From Nitrospira defluvii (GTDB lineage: Bacteria; Nitrospirota; Nitrospiria; Nitrospirales; Nitrospiraceae), in contig WYAX01000022.1 in the NCBI GenBank assembly GCA_011525625.1, forward strand, positions 33,218-97,217: a DNA stretch of 64,000 nt. The letters are read 5' to 3'. The position numbers and the translations under genes were made by a program. Shown here piece after piece: positions 55,743 to 64,000 of this stretch (its first letter is position 1; the number at the start of each line of letters is the position of its first letter). The notes beneath the pieces are model-generated. The model did not search any database and had not been told where the DNA came from. It saw nothing but the letters and a program-made list of their open reading frames with translations.

Positions 55743-56110
55743 CTCCCCCAGGACCCTTGGAAATCGAAACAGAATTTCTTTTGCAGTCCACTCCGTGCGG
55801 GCAGAGGCATGGGCCGGCGCAGGACGAATGCTTCGGCATAGGGCCTATCCCACCGGACGTCGAGGACATAGGCCGCTGGGGCGGCGGATGAGGAGACCGT
55901 CAGATACGTCAGGCGCTCGAAACGAGCCAACCGCTCGTAGTCCGACCTGACTGTCCCGCCGACATCCACCATGGAAGCATCGGCCGGCGAACCTTGACCG
56001 AACAGGCCGGGGCGCGCGCCGATCGACACGAAGCTACACACGCTCCAGGCCAAACGTTGATAGCCCCACGCTCGCTGCTGAAACGGCAAATCCTGGTCGA
56101 TTCCCAAGCA
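55739..56110 (-). pseudogene. Degenerate hypothetical membrane-protein gene
   Basis: LGIDQDLPFQQRAWGYQRLAW...GLFGQG...VRSDYERLAR resembles genes found upstream of DUF421; the TM segment looks eroded. Confidence 0.4.
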
Positions 56111-56111
56111 G

Positions 56112-56852
56112 TCATGCATGGCGCGTGGATGAGTCACGGACAATCGGCTCTTCGGCTTTCCCCTGACGAGCTCGTGACGGATCCTCGCGGCGGTGATCCG
56201 GAGAGGCTTCTCGTTCGCCGCGAGATGGATCCGTTGCCCCCGGCGGCAGGGTCACGCCGAGCGCGCGCGCAATGTCGGGAACCATGCGACGCGTCAATTC
56301 GACGATCAGGCCGCGTCCGAGCCGCAGCACCATCTGTTTAGCCTCCTCCGTTTCCGGCCCGAATTCCCGCGACAGGCTGTTCCAGAGGCTGCGGTCCTCC
56401 CGGGTGTCCGGCTCATGACGGGGGGATGATGGATCAGGATAATAGTCATAGATGCCGTCGTGGTGTTTCGACGTGGTGCCTCGTCGTGAAGGTGACGGCA
56501 TGACGGGTGAAGCCTTGGCCCCGGCCGGGTAATAGGGATACACCCCATTGCGGTGATGCCGCGTTCTGCGTTCAAGGAGCCCGAGCGCATACCCGGCGCA
56601 GAGCGCACCGCCCACCATCAGCCACGGATGCGCCCGGACTTGGCGCGAGGGGTCGATGACAGCCTTCGTTTTATCCACGAACTCATTCATATGCTTCGTG
56701 GTTCGGTCGAGCACTCGGGTCAGTTGCATCGTGGCGTCCTCCGCGTGATGAAGGACGCGTTGCTCCAACGCATCCAATTTGTTCGCGATTGCGGTTCTCG
56801 TGTGCAGAATATCTTTCAGGTCTTGGTCGAGAGCACCTGTTCTTTGATCCAT
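56112..56852 (-). CDS. DUF3618/ElaB-like protein with C-terminal extension
   Basis: Coiled coil then QVRAHPWLMVGGALCAGYALG; downstream of the YqjE-like gene. Confidence 0.65.
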   Translation of the reverse strand: MDQRTGALDQDLKDILHTRTAIANKLDALEQRVLHHAEDATMQLTRVLDRTTKHMNEFVDKTKAVIDPSRQVRAHPWLMVGGALCAGYALGLLERRTRHHRNGVYPYYPAGAKASPVMPSPSRRGTTSKHHDGIYDYYPDPSSPRHEPDTREDRSLWNSLSREFGPETEEAKQMVLRLGRGLIVELTRRMVPDIARALGVTLPPGATDPSRGEREASPDHRREDPSRARQGKAEEPIVRDSSTRHA

Positions 56853-57223
56853 CGGGCGTCTTCCTTTATGGAGTGAAGAGTGCGGAACGGCCACAAGCGG
56901 AGTGTCGCCGCCAGGGAAGCGGCGCCGGTCAGGAGCACGCCCGCAAGGAACGCGCAGAGGAGGCCGACGATTCCGTAACTCGTCCAGAGCGGGAGTCCCA
57001 GCCAACCGTGCAGTAGATGGACGACCGTCAGGAGCAAGAGCACAATCGTCATGAGCGCCATCGTGAGGCCGATCCCGATCCGGATCGCGAGGCTGGTCAG
57101 TTTCCGGCGTTCCAGCTTCATTTCATCGCGAGCCAATCGCATCGTCTGACCGATCAGTAAGCGAATGTCTTCGAAGAGGCCCTGCAGCAATGCGGCGACG
57201 GAAATCGGGTGAGGATTGTCCAT
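56816..57223 (-). CDS. YqjE-like membrane protein (phage-holin-3_6 family)
   Basis: LFEDIRLLI..MRLARDEM; two TM segments; PFRTLHSIKEDARWIKEQ. Confidence 0.75.
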   Translation of the reverse strand: MDNPHPISVAALLQGLFEDIRLLIGQTMRLARDEMKLERRKLTSLAIRIGIGLTMALMTIVLLLLTVVHLLHGWLGLPLWTSYGIVGLLCAFLAGVLLTGAASLAATLRLWPFRTLHSIKEDARWIKEQVLSTKT

Positions 57224-57235
57224 GTGGCGCCCTTT

Positions 57236-57466
57236 CTAGTCCTGCCGCGCGCGGGACAACAGATAGCCGCATCCGAGGCCGAGCAGGAGTGCCTGTAACG
57301 GATACCGTCGAATCAGAATCCCGAGGTCGTCCACGACTCCGCCGATTCCCTCCTGCCGGATATCGCGTGCGGCGCGCGCGGCAGCGGCGACCGTCTTGTC
57401 CGCGACGCCCGCGATTGAGTCTCCCGCTTGTTTCACTGCCTGTTCCATGCCCGCTTCTGGTGCCAT
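57236..57466 (-). CDS. ElaB/YqjD (DUF883)-like tail-anchored protein
   Basis: IRRYPLQALLLGLGCGYLLSR C-terminal anchor; AAGGAG RBS. Confidence 0.75.
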   Translation of the reverse strand: MAPEAGMEQAVKQAGDSIAGVADKTVAAAARAARDIRQEGIGGVVDDLGILIRRYPLQALLLGLGCGYLLSRARQD

Positions 57467-57553
57467 GCTGCTCTCCTTCTCACGCGTCGTGAACGATCTC
57501 GATCACATCTGTGCCTTAGTGCCGAGCCTAGCGGCGCTTGTACGGTGACTGTA

Positions 57554-57569
57554 CTCGGCAAAGCCCTAG
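57554..57569 (-). promoter_or_regulatory. CTAG-N8-CTAG box (CTCGgcaaagccCTAG)
   Basis: TAGGCT (57530..57525) 23 nt away on the - strand; heads the ElaB to ASRT gene run. Confidence 0.75.
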
Positions 57570-57594
57570 TCCTCGTTCATCCACGTGCTTTCTT

Positions 57595-58695
57595 TCACAG
57601 CGTCGGCGATGTCGTGCGGACGTCTTTGACTTTCGGCACCGGCGGATAATGCATCGCGAGCCGAATGTCCGGCCTTGTGCGTTTCCTCGGAAGGCGGAGA
57701 GCGATCGGTTTTCCGGTACGAGCCGACGTGTGCAGAGCTTCGATGATCTGCACGTCGATCAAGCCCTCCACGCCGTTCGGTTCCGGTTCGCGATTCTTCC
57801 GAATGCAGGAGGACAAATGGATCAGTTGAGGCGCAAATTGGTCTCCGGCTTTGAACGTCTCGACCGTGGTCTTTCCGTTGATCGTCACGGCGGCGGTCAG
57901 CCCCCCTACATATTCATAGGCCGGCTCAACGCGGACTCGCCCCTTCGTGCCGATGATGTCATACATGGTTTGATCCGTCGCACCGAAGCTGCAGGTAAAT
58001 GTGGCCAAACGATCGCCGGGAAAACGCATCACGACGGCGGCCGCTTCTTCTACTGTGCGAAACCGGCGGTCGCCCCCGCCGACGAACGCCGACACTTCGA
58101 TCGGTTCATCTCGAAAGAGATATCGCGCGGCGTTGATGCAATACACTCCGATGTCGTACAGCGGCCCACCGCCGAGGTGCCGTTGCAGTCGGACATCGCC
58201 GGGGCGCACCTGCTGCGTAAAGACCGAGTGAAACAGCCGCAGGTCGCCGAGTGCTCCCGACTGGGCCAGCTCGATCGTCCGGAGATTGCAGGATTCGAAG
58301 TGCAGGCGGTAGGCGACCATGAGCTTGACGTTGTACCGGTCGGCGGCTCGCGTCATTGCACGGCAATCGGCAGCGGTCACCGCCATGGGCTTTTCACAGA
58401 GCACATGGATGCCGGCTTTGGCCGCCCGCACCGCGAACTCCCTGTGGAGACTATTGGGGAGGGCAATGTAGACGGCATCGATCTCGCCGCTGCGCAAACA
58501 CGTGTCGTATTCGCGGTAGGTATAGGTGTGGCGGACATCGTAGCGCCGACCGAGCACACGGCGTTTGACCGGATCGTCGGAGACGAGCGCCTTGAGGCAT
58601 GCATCCGATGGTGTGTGCGCAAACGCGGGAAGCACCGCGCTCTGTGCGATGTGTCCGAGACCGACGACCGCAAACCGTACCGGAGTGCGCTGCAT
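57595..58695 (-). CDS. Gfo/Idh/MocA family oxidoreductase
   Basis: RFAVVGLGHIA, DAVYIALPNSLH, HVLCEKPMA, GGGPLYDIGVY. Confidence 0.92.
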   Translation of the reverse strand: MQRTPVRFAVVGLGHIAQSAVLPAFAHTPSDACLKALVSDDPVKRRVLGRRYDVRHTYTYREYDTCLRSGEIDAVYIALPNSLHREFAVRAAKAGIHVLCEKPMAVTAADCRAMTRAADRYNVKLMVAYRLHFESCNLRTIELAQSGALGDLRLFHSVFTQQVRPGDVRLQRHLGGGPLYDIGVYCINAARYLFRDEPIEVSAFVGGGDRRFRTVEEAAAVVMRFPGDRLATFTCSFGATDQTMYDIIGTKGRVRVEPAYEYVGGLTAAVTINGKTTVETFKAGDQFAPQLIHLSSCIRKNREPEPNGVEGLIDVQIIEALHTSARTGKPIALRLPRKRTRPDIRLAMHYPPVPKVKDVRTTSPTL

Positions 58696-58753
58696 AGAAT
58701 GTGACCCCTTCCCTTCTGAACAGGGTGTTGACGTGCAGAGTGTTCAGCCTTGA

Positions 58754-59164
58754 TCAGTCGTCCGGTCGTGGAAGGCGCGGGAAGAGGTCTCGCTCCTCTG
58801 CCAGAAAGTGCATCCGGACCGTCTGCATCATATCTTCGAAAAATTCGTCCAGTGCCTGGTCGTCATCCGTCTCCGAGTCGCGAAGTTCCTTGATCATGGC
58901 TCTGACTTCGTTATGGTCCAGCAACACCTGTTCGACCAGCTCATCGGCCTGGTTGCCGGGCTGTCGTTTTCGACCGGCTAGGAGCGCTTCTTCTTTGAGG
59001 AAATGCTCTTCCAGGAGGTTGAGGATCTGATCCATCGTGGCTTGCCGGGAATCCGGGCTGATTGCGAGATACACTTCGAACAGCGCAAGAATTGTGCGAT
59101 GCTCGACACGCAACGTGCGGATACTGGCATTGTGCGTGCCTGACTTCAGCTGTGTGTCTGCCAT
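58754..59164 (-). CDS. Hemerythrin-like (HHE) domain protein
   Basis: EHR, HFLKEE, DHNE, HFLAEE ligand pattern; GGAGG RBS. Confidence 0.8.
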   Translation of the reverse strand: MADTQLKSGTHNASIRTLRVEHRTILALFEVYLAISPDSRQATMDQILNLLEEHFLKEEALLAGRKRQPGNQADELVEQVLLDHNEVRAMIKELRDSETDDDQALDEFFEDMMQTVRMHFLAEERDLFPRLPRPDD

Positions 59165-59241
59165 AGGGCGACCTCCCTGCCATCTCGGTTCACTATCGAC
59201 TGTCTAACGACGAACCTAGCAGGACGGCGGACTCACGCACA

Positions 59242-59257
59242 CTGGGGAGGACCCTGA
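59242..59257 (-). promoter_or_regulatory. Degenerate box (CTGGggaggaccCTGA)
   Basis: Found by applying the 23-nt rule back from TAGGTT (59218..59213); three mismatches. Confidence 0.5.
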
Positions 59258-59324
59258 TCGATCACGCCGCAGGGCCGGGCCGGCAGGGGGCCAGGCCCGG
59301 CATCCCCGACCAGAACGTCGAACG

Positions 59325-60800
59325 TCAACGGCCTGGGCGTTCCACCATCGCTTGCGGCTGCTGGCCTTGGAGCGTCATGTGTCCCGTGGCCGTGGCTGTG
59401 CCTTCCAGCAGGATCGACACGGTGATGCCTTGGGGTGATGAGCGCACCTGGTCCGGCTGCTGACGGGTGACCAGAATGTCCATCGTAAGATCACCGGAGC
59501 GATGACTGCCGGTCACGATCTGTTTCAGCCGATCCACATGGTTCGACAGATCGATGGCCATAGCCTGCCGGAGCTTGGGCTGCAGTTCGCGGTCGACGAT
59601 TTGCCAGAAGCCCACCCGAATCGAGTCGATGGCTGTTCGGGATTCATTCGCCATTTGTAAATCGGGGATCGTGAGGGTTCTCCCGGTCTCGTCCAGGCGC
59701 GGGGTCCCCCAATAGTAAATGGTGCCCTTCAGATCTCCCGTGGTCTCGACGGTGACCAGGACCCGCCCGTTCGCATCGGTGGCGGAAACCCGTTCGATCA
59801 CGGCGGATTCGTTCGCCGTGGAATCCACAACGATCGTGTGGTGAAACAGTTTATCCTGCAGGTGATGCGTCACCTGTGGGTAGGAGATCGGGATCTTGGC
59901 TAACATCCCATAAGGGGTGCTTTCAGAAGAGGCCGGCCCTGAGTTGACCAACGCCACGGTCGGGGCGGCCTCGGCACAGGTCGGCTCATACGTGACCAAC
60001 GGCATCTGTTTCGCGGTGCCGGTGATGACCGTGTCCCGCAGCGTTCCCTTCAGTCGGCTCAGGAGCATTTCCCGCGGGTTGCCGTACAGGCACGCCCGTG
60101 TGTTCAACGAGGCGACGGGCACGGACACGGGGCCTTCGAGATTGTCCCAGATCCGCTGGAGCGGGATGCCGAAGGCCTCCGGGCGCACGGCCTCGGCCAT
60201 GGCGGTTGTGATCAGCGACAGACCGAATAATTCCGGCAGCTGGTCGTTGACGGACACATTGAACATAGTGCAGCGGGCGTCGCTCTCCGGTTTGGTCGTG
60301 ATCGACACCTGCCTGGGGTCGAACGCGAACGCCACCGTATCCCCGTTCTGCACGAGCTCAAGCGTGCCGTTGGCGTTCAGGGTAGCAGAGACCGGGTCCA
60401 ACCGGCAGGCAGGGGAACTTCCGCGTGCTTCGATGTCGCCCTTGTATTCGGCCTGGATCACCACCAACCCGTCCTGGATGTGGATGGAGGGTTCGCCGGT
60501 TCTGACAAACGTCCACCGGAACTCCTGTTCCAAGGGATGGCCTGTCTCCGTCACCCGGTCCGGTATCGCCTTGCGGATCGCGCTTTGAATCGGTGTCAGA
60601 TCCGTTTTGACGTGGACCGGCAGTTGCGACAGAGGGGCTCGCGTCTCCTCCTTGGCCATCGCCGTGAAGGAGGGGACCGCGCTCGTGATAGGCGGCGGCA
60701 CCGGTTTCGATGCAGTCTTGGGAATGGTATGGCTGCACGCCGCTCCCGCAAGAAGGACGGCGGCAAGGGCCGGAACGATGAGGGGACGGTGATGGTGCAT
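59325..60800 (-). CDS. DUF4403-like lipoprotein
   Basis: Lipobox LAGAAC; VTVETTGDLKGTIYYWGTP..IPDL pattern, recognised from memory. Confidence 0.6.
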   Translation of the reverse strand: MHHHRPLIVPALAAVLLAGAACSHTIPKTASKPVPPPITSAVPSFTAMAKEETRAPLSQLPVHVKTDLTPIQSAIRKAIPDRVTETGHPLEQEFRWTFVRTGEPSIHIQDGLVVIQAEYKGDIEARGSSPACRLDPVSATLNANGTLELVQNGDTVAFAFDPRQVSITTKPESDARCTMFNVSVNDQLPELFGLSLITTAMAEAVRPEAFGIPLQRIWDNLEGPVSVPVASLNTRACLYGNPREMLLSRLKGTLRDTVITGTAKQMPLVTYEPTCAEAAPTVALVNSGPASSESTPYGMLAKIPISYPQVTHHLQDKLFHHTIVVDSTANESAVIERVSATDANGRVLVTVETTGDLKGTIYYWGTPRLDETGRTLTIPDLQMANESRTAIDSIRVGFWQIVDRELQPKLRQAMAIDLSNHVDRLKQIVTGSHRSGDLTMDILVTRQQPDQVRSSPQGITVSILLEGTATATGHMTLQGQQPQAMVERPGR

Positions 60801-60850
60801 GACGGGCCTCCTTCTATACGTGGGAGCGGCCGAACAGCGTCTGGGCCTCG

Positions 60851-61159
60851 CTACTGTGATTGAATCTGCAGGTTGTTGTTCACCGTCCTGACGCCGGTGA
60901 CCTCGCGCGTCAGTTGGGACACCCGCATCTTCTGGTCGGCGGTCCGAACGACGCCATTGAGCGTGACGACGCCGCGTTCCGTATCGACATCAATCCGGCT
61001 GAAGTTGGAGAGGCGGTCCGACGTCAACTTCGAGTGCACTGCTGCGGTAATGGACGCATCGTCCAAGGTTTGTCCGGCGGTTTTGCCGGTCGTGGACTGA
61101 CAGCCGATCAGCGTGAGGAGGGCGACGGCGCACAATGCATGGGTCATGAGCTTCATCAT
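60851..61159 (-). CDS. BON-domain lipoprotein
   Basis: Lipobox LIGC; DDASITAAVHSKL..IDVDTERGVVTLNGVV..VTGVRTVNNNLQI. Confidence 0.9.
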   Translation of the reverse strand: MMKLMTHALCAVALLTLIGCQSTTGKTAGQTLDDASITAAVHSKLTSDRLSNFSRIDVDTERGVVTLNGVVRTADQKMRVSQLTREVTGVRTVNNNLQIQSQ

Positions 61160-61200
61160 GGGTGGTCTCCTTCGATGGGAATTCGCAGGCGTCTCTGTGT

Positions 61201-61527
61201 TCAGCTGCGGCGCGAGGTCGTTTCTTCCATGGTGTGCTGCGCACTCTGCACGGTATCGTCCACGAACTCCCGTGCCGCTTGGCCGGCCTTTCGAAGAGTC
61301 TGCTTCCCGCCCTCGACATATTCCTGGCTACGTTCGACCGCTTGATCCCAGGCGGCGCGTCCCTGCTCGGCGGCGTCATCGAATTCATCCTTCGCTCTGC
61401 CGGCATAATCGCGGAGAGTCGACCGCAGTTCTGTGCCCGACTGTGGGGCCAGCAGCAGCGCGATGCCTGCGCCGATACATGCTCCCGCCATGAATGCCGA
61501 CCAGTTGGTAGAATCGTCCGTGCGCAT
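61201..61527 (-). CDS. YtxH-domain protein
   Basis: FMAGACIGAGIALLLAPQSGTELR; GGAGG RBS. Confidence 0.9.
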   Translation of the reverse strand: MRTDDSTNWSAFMAGACIGAGIALLLAPQSGTELRSTLRDYAGRAKDEFDDAAEQGRAAWDQAVERSQEYVEGGKQTLRKAGQAAREFVDDTVQSAQHTMEETTSRRS

Positions 61528-61642
61528 GAGGCAACCTCCTTCGTGATGAACCGGTGGTGGGTGATGTTGGACAGTCCGTCCTTCGTGGCGCGCCTGTCCG
61601 ATGTCTGAGGTTTACCGTAACCAGGACTCTGTGAAACGCATA

Positions 61643-61658
61643 CTAGGCAGGGCCCTAG
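61643..61658 (-). promoter_or_regulatory. CTAG-N8-CTAG box, perfect (CTAGgcagggccCTAG)
   Basis: TACGGT (61619..61614) 23 nt away on the - strand, facing ytxH-BON-DUF4403. Confidence 0.85.
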
Positions 61659-61712
61659 ATTCGGCCGGCACGCATGCGAGGTCGTGTGTCGCGGGGCAGC
61701 GCGCTCGTTGAA

Positions 61713-61952
61713 TCATGAGGCGTTCGTTGACCTGGAACGCCGGGTCGGTGCCTGTGTGACCGGCACCGTCACCCCGACCTTCCTGGTCTTGGAGAGGCCG
61801 ATGGCGATGCCCTGTCTACGGGATGTGATCCGCTTCGCCCTTCGTTTCAGGTGCTCCAATTCTTCTTGCATGAACGTGCCCGCCTGGGTGCTGGGGGATT
61901 TCCCCGCCCGTGCCGCCTGACGTGTTCGTGTCATCGTCTGCTTTTTCGGCAC
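61713..61952 (-). CDS. Small basic protein (DUF6496-like)
   Basis: GKSPSTQAGTFMQEELEH...QGIAIGLSKTRKVGV; GTG start after an AAGGA RBS. Confidence 0.6.
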   Translation of the reverse strand: MPKKQTMTRTRQAARAGKSPSTQAGTFMQEELEHLKRRAKRITSRRQGIAIGLSKTRKVGVTVPVTQAPTRRSRSTNAS

Positions 61953-61983
61953 GGTGTCCTTCTCTGTTGCGGCGCCGTCTGCA

Positions 61984-63054
61984 TCAATCCATCCGGTCTT
62001 TCCCGGCCCTTGAGGCTTGGTCGGGCGCCGCGCCTCTTGAATGACCGGCGCCGCCGGTGTAGAGGCGGGCCGCCACGTATCCCACCGCACCCAGCGCCGC
62101 TGCGGCCACCCATCCACGCCGTTGATTGAGCCAGAACTGCAGGCTGAATCGGTGTGCGCCGCAATCAAATCGGCCATGTGCGCCATAGTCGCCCGGCAGG
62201 GGCGCAAACAGATTGTCCGGCCGGTCCGGCTCGATGGGGTGTTCCGTCTGCTGCGATGCATACCCTTTTGCGGCGAGATACCAATCCAGCAGACCCGGAA
62301 TGAACTTGTCCCCCACGATGGCCTTAACGGTCGGCCAACCCACTGAGACCTCGCGCCGACGATGCCGTGAAGCCCAGACGATGGCCCGCGCGATGAGCTC
62401 CGGCTGATAGATGGGCGGCACCGGCTGCGGATGGCGCGGGAGGCGAGACTTGATCCAGCTGAACTGGGGTGTGTTCACCGCCGGGAGTTGTACGGTCGTC
62501 ATGTGAACGCGGCTGCCGTCGTGGATGAGTTCGGACCGGAGCGATTCGACAAACCCTTGAACGGCATGTTTCGCCCCGCAATAGGCCGACTGCAACGGGA
62601 TCGACCGGTAGGCCAAGGCGGAGCCCACCTGCACGATCGCGCCGTGGTCGCGCGGGACCATGCGGCGAAGGGCGGCCAATGTGCCATGCACGTACCCGAG
62701 ATAGGTCACGTTGGTGACGCGCTGAAATTCCTCCGCCGTCATCTGCAGAGCCGGCGAGAGGATCGAAACCATCGCATTGTTCACCCAGATCTCGATGGGT
62801 CCAAACCGTTGTTCCACCAGCGCTGCGGCTTCCTCCACCTGTGCGGCGTTCGCCACGTCCATCGGCAACACCAACGCCCTCCCGCCCGCGGCCTCCACCT
62901 CGCGTGCGGCTGCTTCAAGTCCCTCGCGGCCTCGAGCGATCAATCCGATCCATGCCCCGTCCTTCGCGAACTCACGGACCGTCGCCCGGCCCACGCCTGC
63001 CGATGCGCCGGTCACGACCACTACCTGCGGCCGATGATCGCTTGTTGGTGTCAT
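61984..63054 (-). CDS. SDR family oxidoreductase
   Basis: VVVVTGASAGVG, WVNNA, YCGAK catalytic YxxxK. Confidence 0.92.
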   Translation of the reverse strand: MTPTSDHRPQVVVVTGASAGVGRATVREFAKDGAWIGLIARGREGLEAAAREVEAAGGRALVLPMDVANAAQVEEAAALVEQRFGPIEIWVNNAMVSILSPALQMTAEEFQRVTNVTYLGYVHGTLAALRRMVPRDHGAIVQVGSALAYRSIPLQSAYCGAKHAVQGFVESLRSELIHDGSRVHMTTVQLPAVNTPQFSWIKSRLPRHPQPVPPIYQPELIARAIVWASRHRRREVSVGWPTVKAIVGDKFIPGLLDWYLAAKGYASQQTEHPIEPDRPDNLFAPLPGDYGAHGRFDCGAHRFSLQFWLNQRRGWVAAAALGAVGYVAARLYTGGAGHSRGAAPDQASRAGKDRMD

Positions 63055-63107
63055 TGCGGAGATCCTTTCCATTCTCTGCGAGAACGCTTGGGGTGTGGCG
63101 CCACGGT

Positions 63108-63278
63108 TCATGAGGCGCGGCGTTCTTTCGGGTTGTCGGGGGACGGTGGCGCCCTCCGTTGCGGCGTATCGCTGGGCGGCTCTTTGCGCGTGGGCAGGTC
63201 ATTCGGCGGATCCCCCTGGGGCGGCGGTGGGGCGGTCGGTTCACGCACGGGACTCTTGAGGCACCAAACGGTCGTCAT
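63108..63278 (-). CDS. Candidate 56-aa proline-rich microprotein
   Basis: AAAGGAG RBS; ATGA overlap with the SPW gene stop. Confidence 0.5.
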   Translation of the reverse strand: MTTVWCLKSPVREPTAPPPPQGDPPNDLPTRKEPPSDTPQRRAPPSPDNPKERRAS

Positions 63279-63622
63279 GACGATGCTCCTTTCCAGAGTG
63301 CGGTCCATCCCCCACCGAACCGTTCGGAAGACGGGCCGTGGATCGATGACAGCGCAATGGCGGCCATACCTCCCACCAGGCTTCCGCAGGCTCGCTCGTC
63401 CGGGTAGTCCAAGAGGAACGGTGCGACGAGCAGCCATGTTCCCAGTGCCACGTTGACCCAGCGCAGCGCTCGCACGGACTCCGAGGCCGCGATCAAGCCG
63501 AAGGTGGCAAGCCATGCACCCACGATCTGGTTGTTCATCCGCGCGGTCCCCGCGTACTCGAGGAGGTCCGGTGACGCCAACAGCCAGAAGCCGATCACAC
63601 TCGTCGCTACGTGGGGCCACAT
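63275..63622 (-). CDS. SPW-repeat membrane protein
   Basis: GFWLLASP.L..Y, GTWLLVAPFLL.Y, RFGGGW..LW. Confidence 0.8.
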   Translation of the reverse strand: MWPHVATSVIGFWLLASPDLLEYAGTARMNNQIVGAWLATFGLIAASESVRALRWVNVALGTWLLVAPFLLDYPDERACGSLVGGMAAIALSSIHGPSSERFGGGWTALWKGASS

Positions 63623-64000
63623 GGTTCCCTCTTTCCGCGCGGCGCCCGGTCTCCGTGCCAGAAGGCCTCCCACAGGGGCATTCCTCGTTCTCGCACGCGC
63701 GTGAATAACTGCAAGCTGGCCAGCACTTCGTCCATGGCCGGGCCGATCATCACGACCGAGATCAAGGCCGACAGCAGGCAAAGGGTGCACCAGGCTTCCA
63801 GCCACACCGCCTGGGCGATCACCAGCAGTACGCTCACGAGTCCCAACGGTCCCACGGCCAGACCGAACAGTACGACGATCCACGGCATGGTCCGCCATCG
63901 CCCGGCGCCGCCGATTGTCCCTGCGACGGCATCCACTGCGTAGGCCAGGGCCCCAAGTGCGGCATCGGGAACCGGCAGGACACGCGAGAGTGCCGAGTGC
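63607..64000 (-). CDS. Vitamin K epoxide reductase family protein (partial, starts beyond window)
   Basis: PVPDAALGALAY...WCTLC redox CxxC; GPAMDEVLASL. Confidence 0.8.
   Translation of the reverse strand, partial: HSALSRVLPVPDAALGALAYAVDAVAGTIGGAGRWRTMPWIVVLFGLAVGPLGLVSVLLVIAQAVWLEAWCTLCLLSALISVVMIGPAMDEVLASLQLFTRVRERGMPLWEAFWHGDRAPRGKREPCGPT

Noticed and set aside
27742-55869. ORF-track starts at 30243, 31543, 53507, 55558 and 55869
   Set aside because: They extend through neighbouring genes; internal starts with an RBS or ATGA coupling fit better.
56816-57223. Phage-holin-family gene as evidence of a prophage
   Set aside because: Context is the ElaB/YqjE-type stress trio, with no other phage genes.
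57516-57531. TTAG-N8-CTAG one-mismatch box
   Set aside because: Its CTAG is better explained as part of the -10 (TAGGCT) of the 57554 box, and it has no -10 of its own at 23-24 nt.
59204-59219. CTAA-N8-CTAG one-mismatch box
   Set aside because: No -10 at the expected distance; its CTAG forms the -10 (TAGGTT) of the degenerate 59242 box.
566-61658. CTAG pairs as IS target-site duplications, CRISPR-like repeats or restriction-modification sites
   Set aside because: Fixed 8-nt variable spacer, one per promoter, fixed distance to a -10; no transposase, cas or R-M genes in the window.
1-64000. tRNA, rRNA, CRISPR array, integrase or transposase
   Set aside because: None recognised by eye; a tRNAscan/Infernal/ISEScan run would be needed to exclude them formally.

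Overview
GC-rich bacterial chromosomal window. The gene style suggests Nitrospira, but that is inference and is not proven by this sequence. Almost the whole 64 kb is a general-stress/desiccation gene cluster. It carries glycogen/trehalose genes (glgC, treY, glgX, treZ, a frameshifted amylo-1,6-glucosidase), Fe/Mn SOD, ferritin-like, hemerythrin, Csp3-type Cu-storage and metallothionein genes, and CsbD x2, PRC-barrel, BON, YtxH, DUF1328, ElaB/YqjE-type, YihY and AI-2E genes. It also contains decayed NHEJ genes (Ku, LigD). A 16.5 kb signalling block holds four HisKA_3-REC hybrid kinases (one with two kinase cores), a 3-REC hybrid kinase, CheR and CheB; two NarL-family response regulators lie nearby. 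The main unexplained signal is a 16-bp palindromic box, CTAG-N8-CTAG (core CTAGG-N6-CCTAG). It recurs in about 20 intergenic regions. In 19 cases it sits 23-24 nt upstream of a TA-starting -10-like hexamer pointing at the adjacent gene, including one NarL regulator gene and three kinase transcription units. This looks like a self-contained, autoregulated two-component general-stress regulon. No rRNA, tRNA, CRISPR array or transposase was seen.
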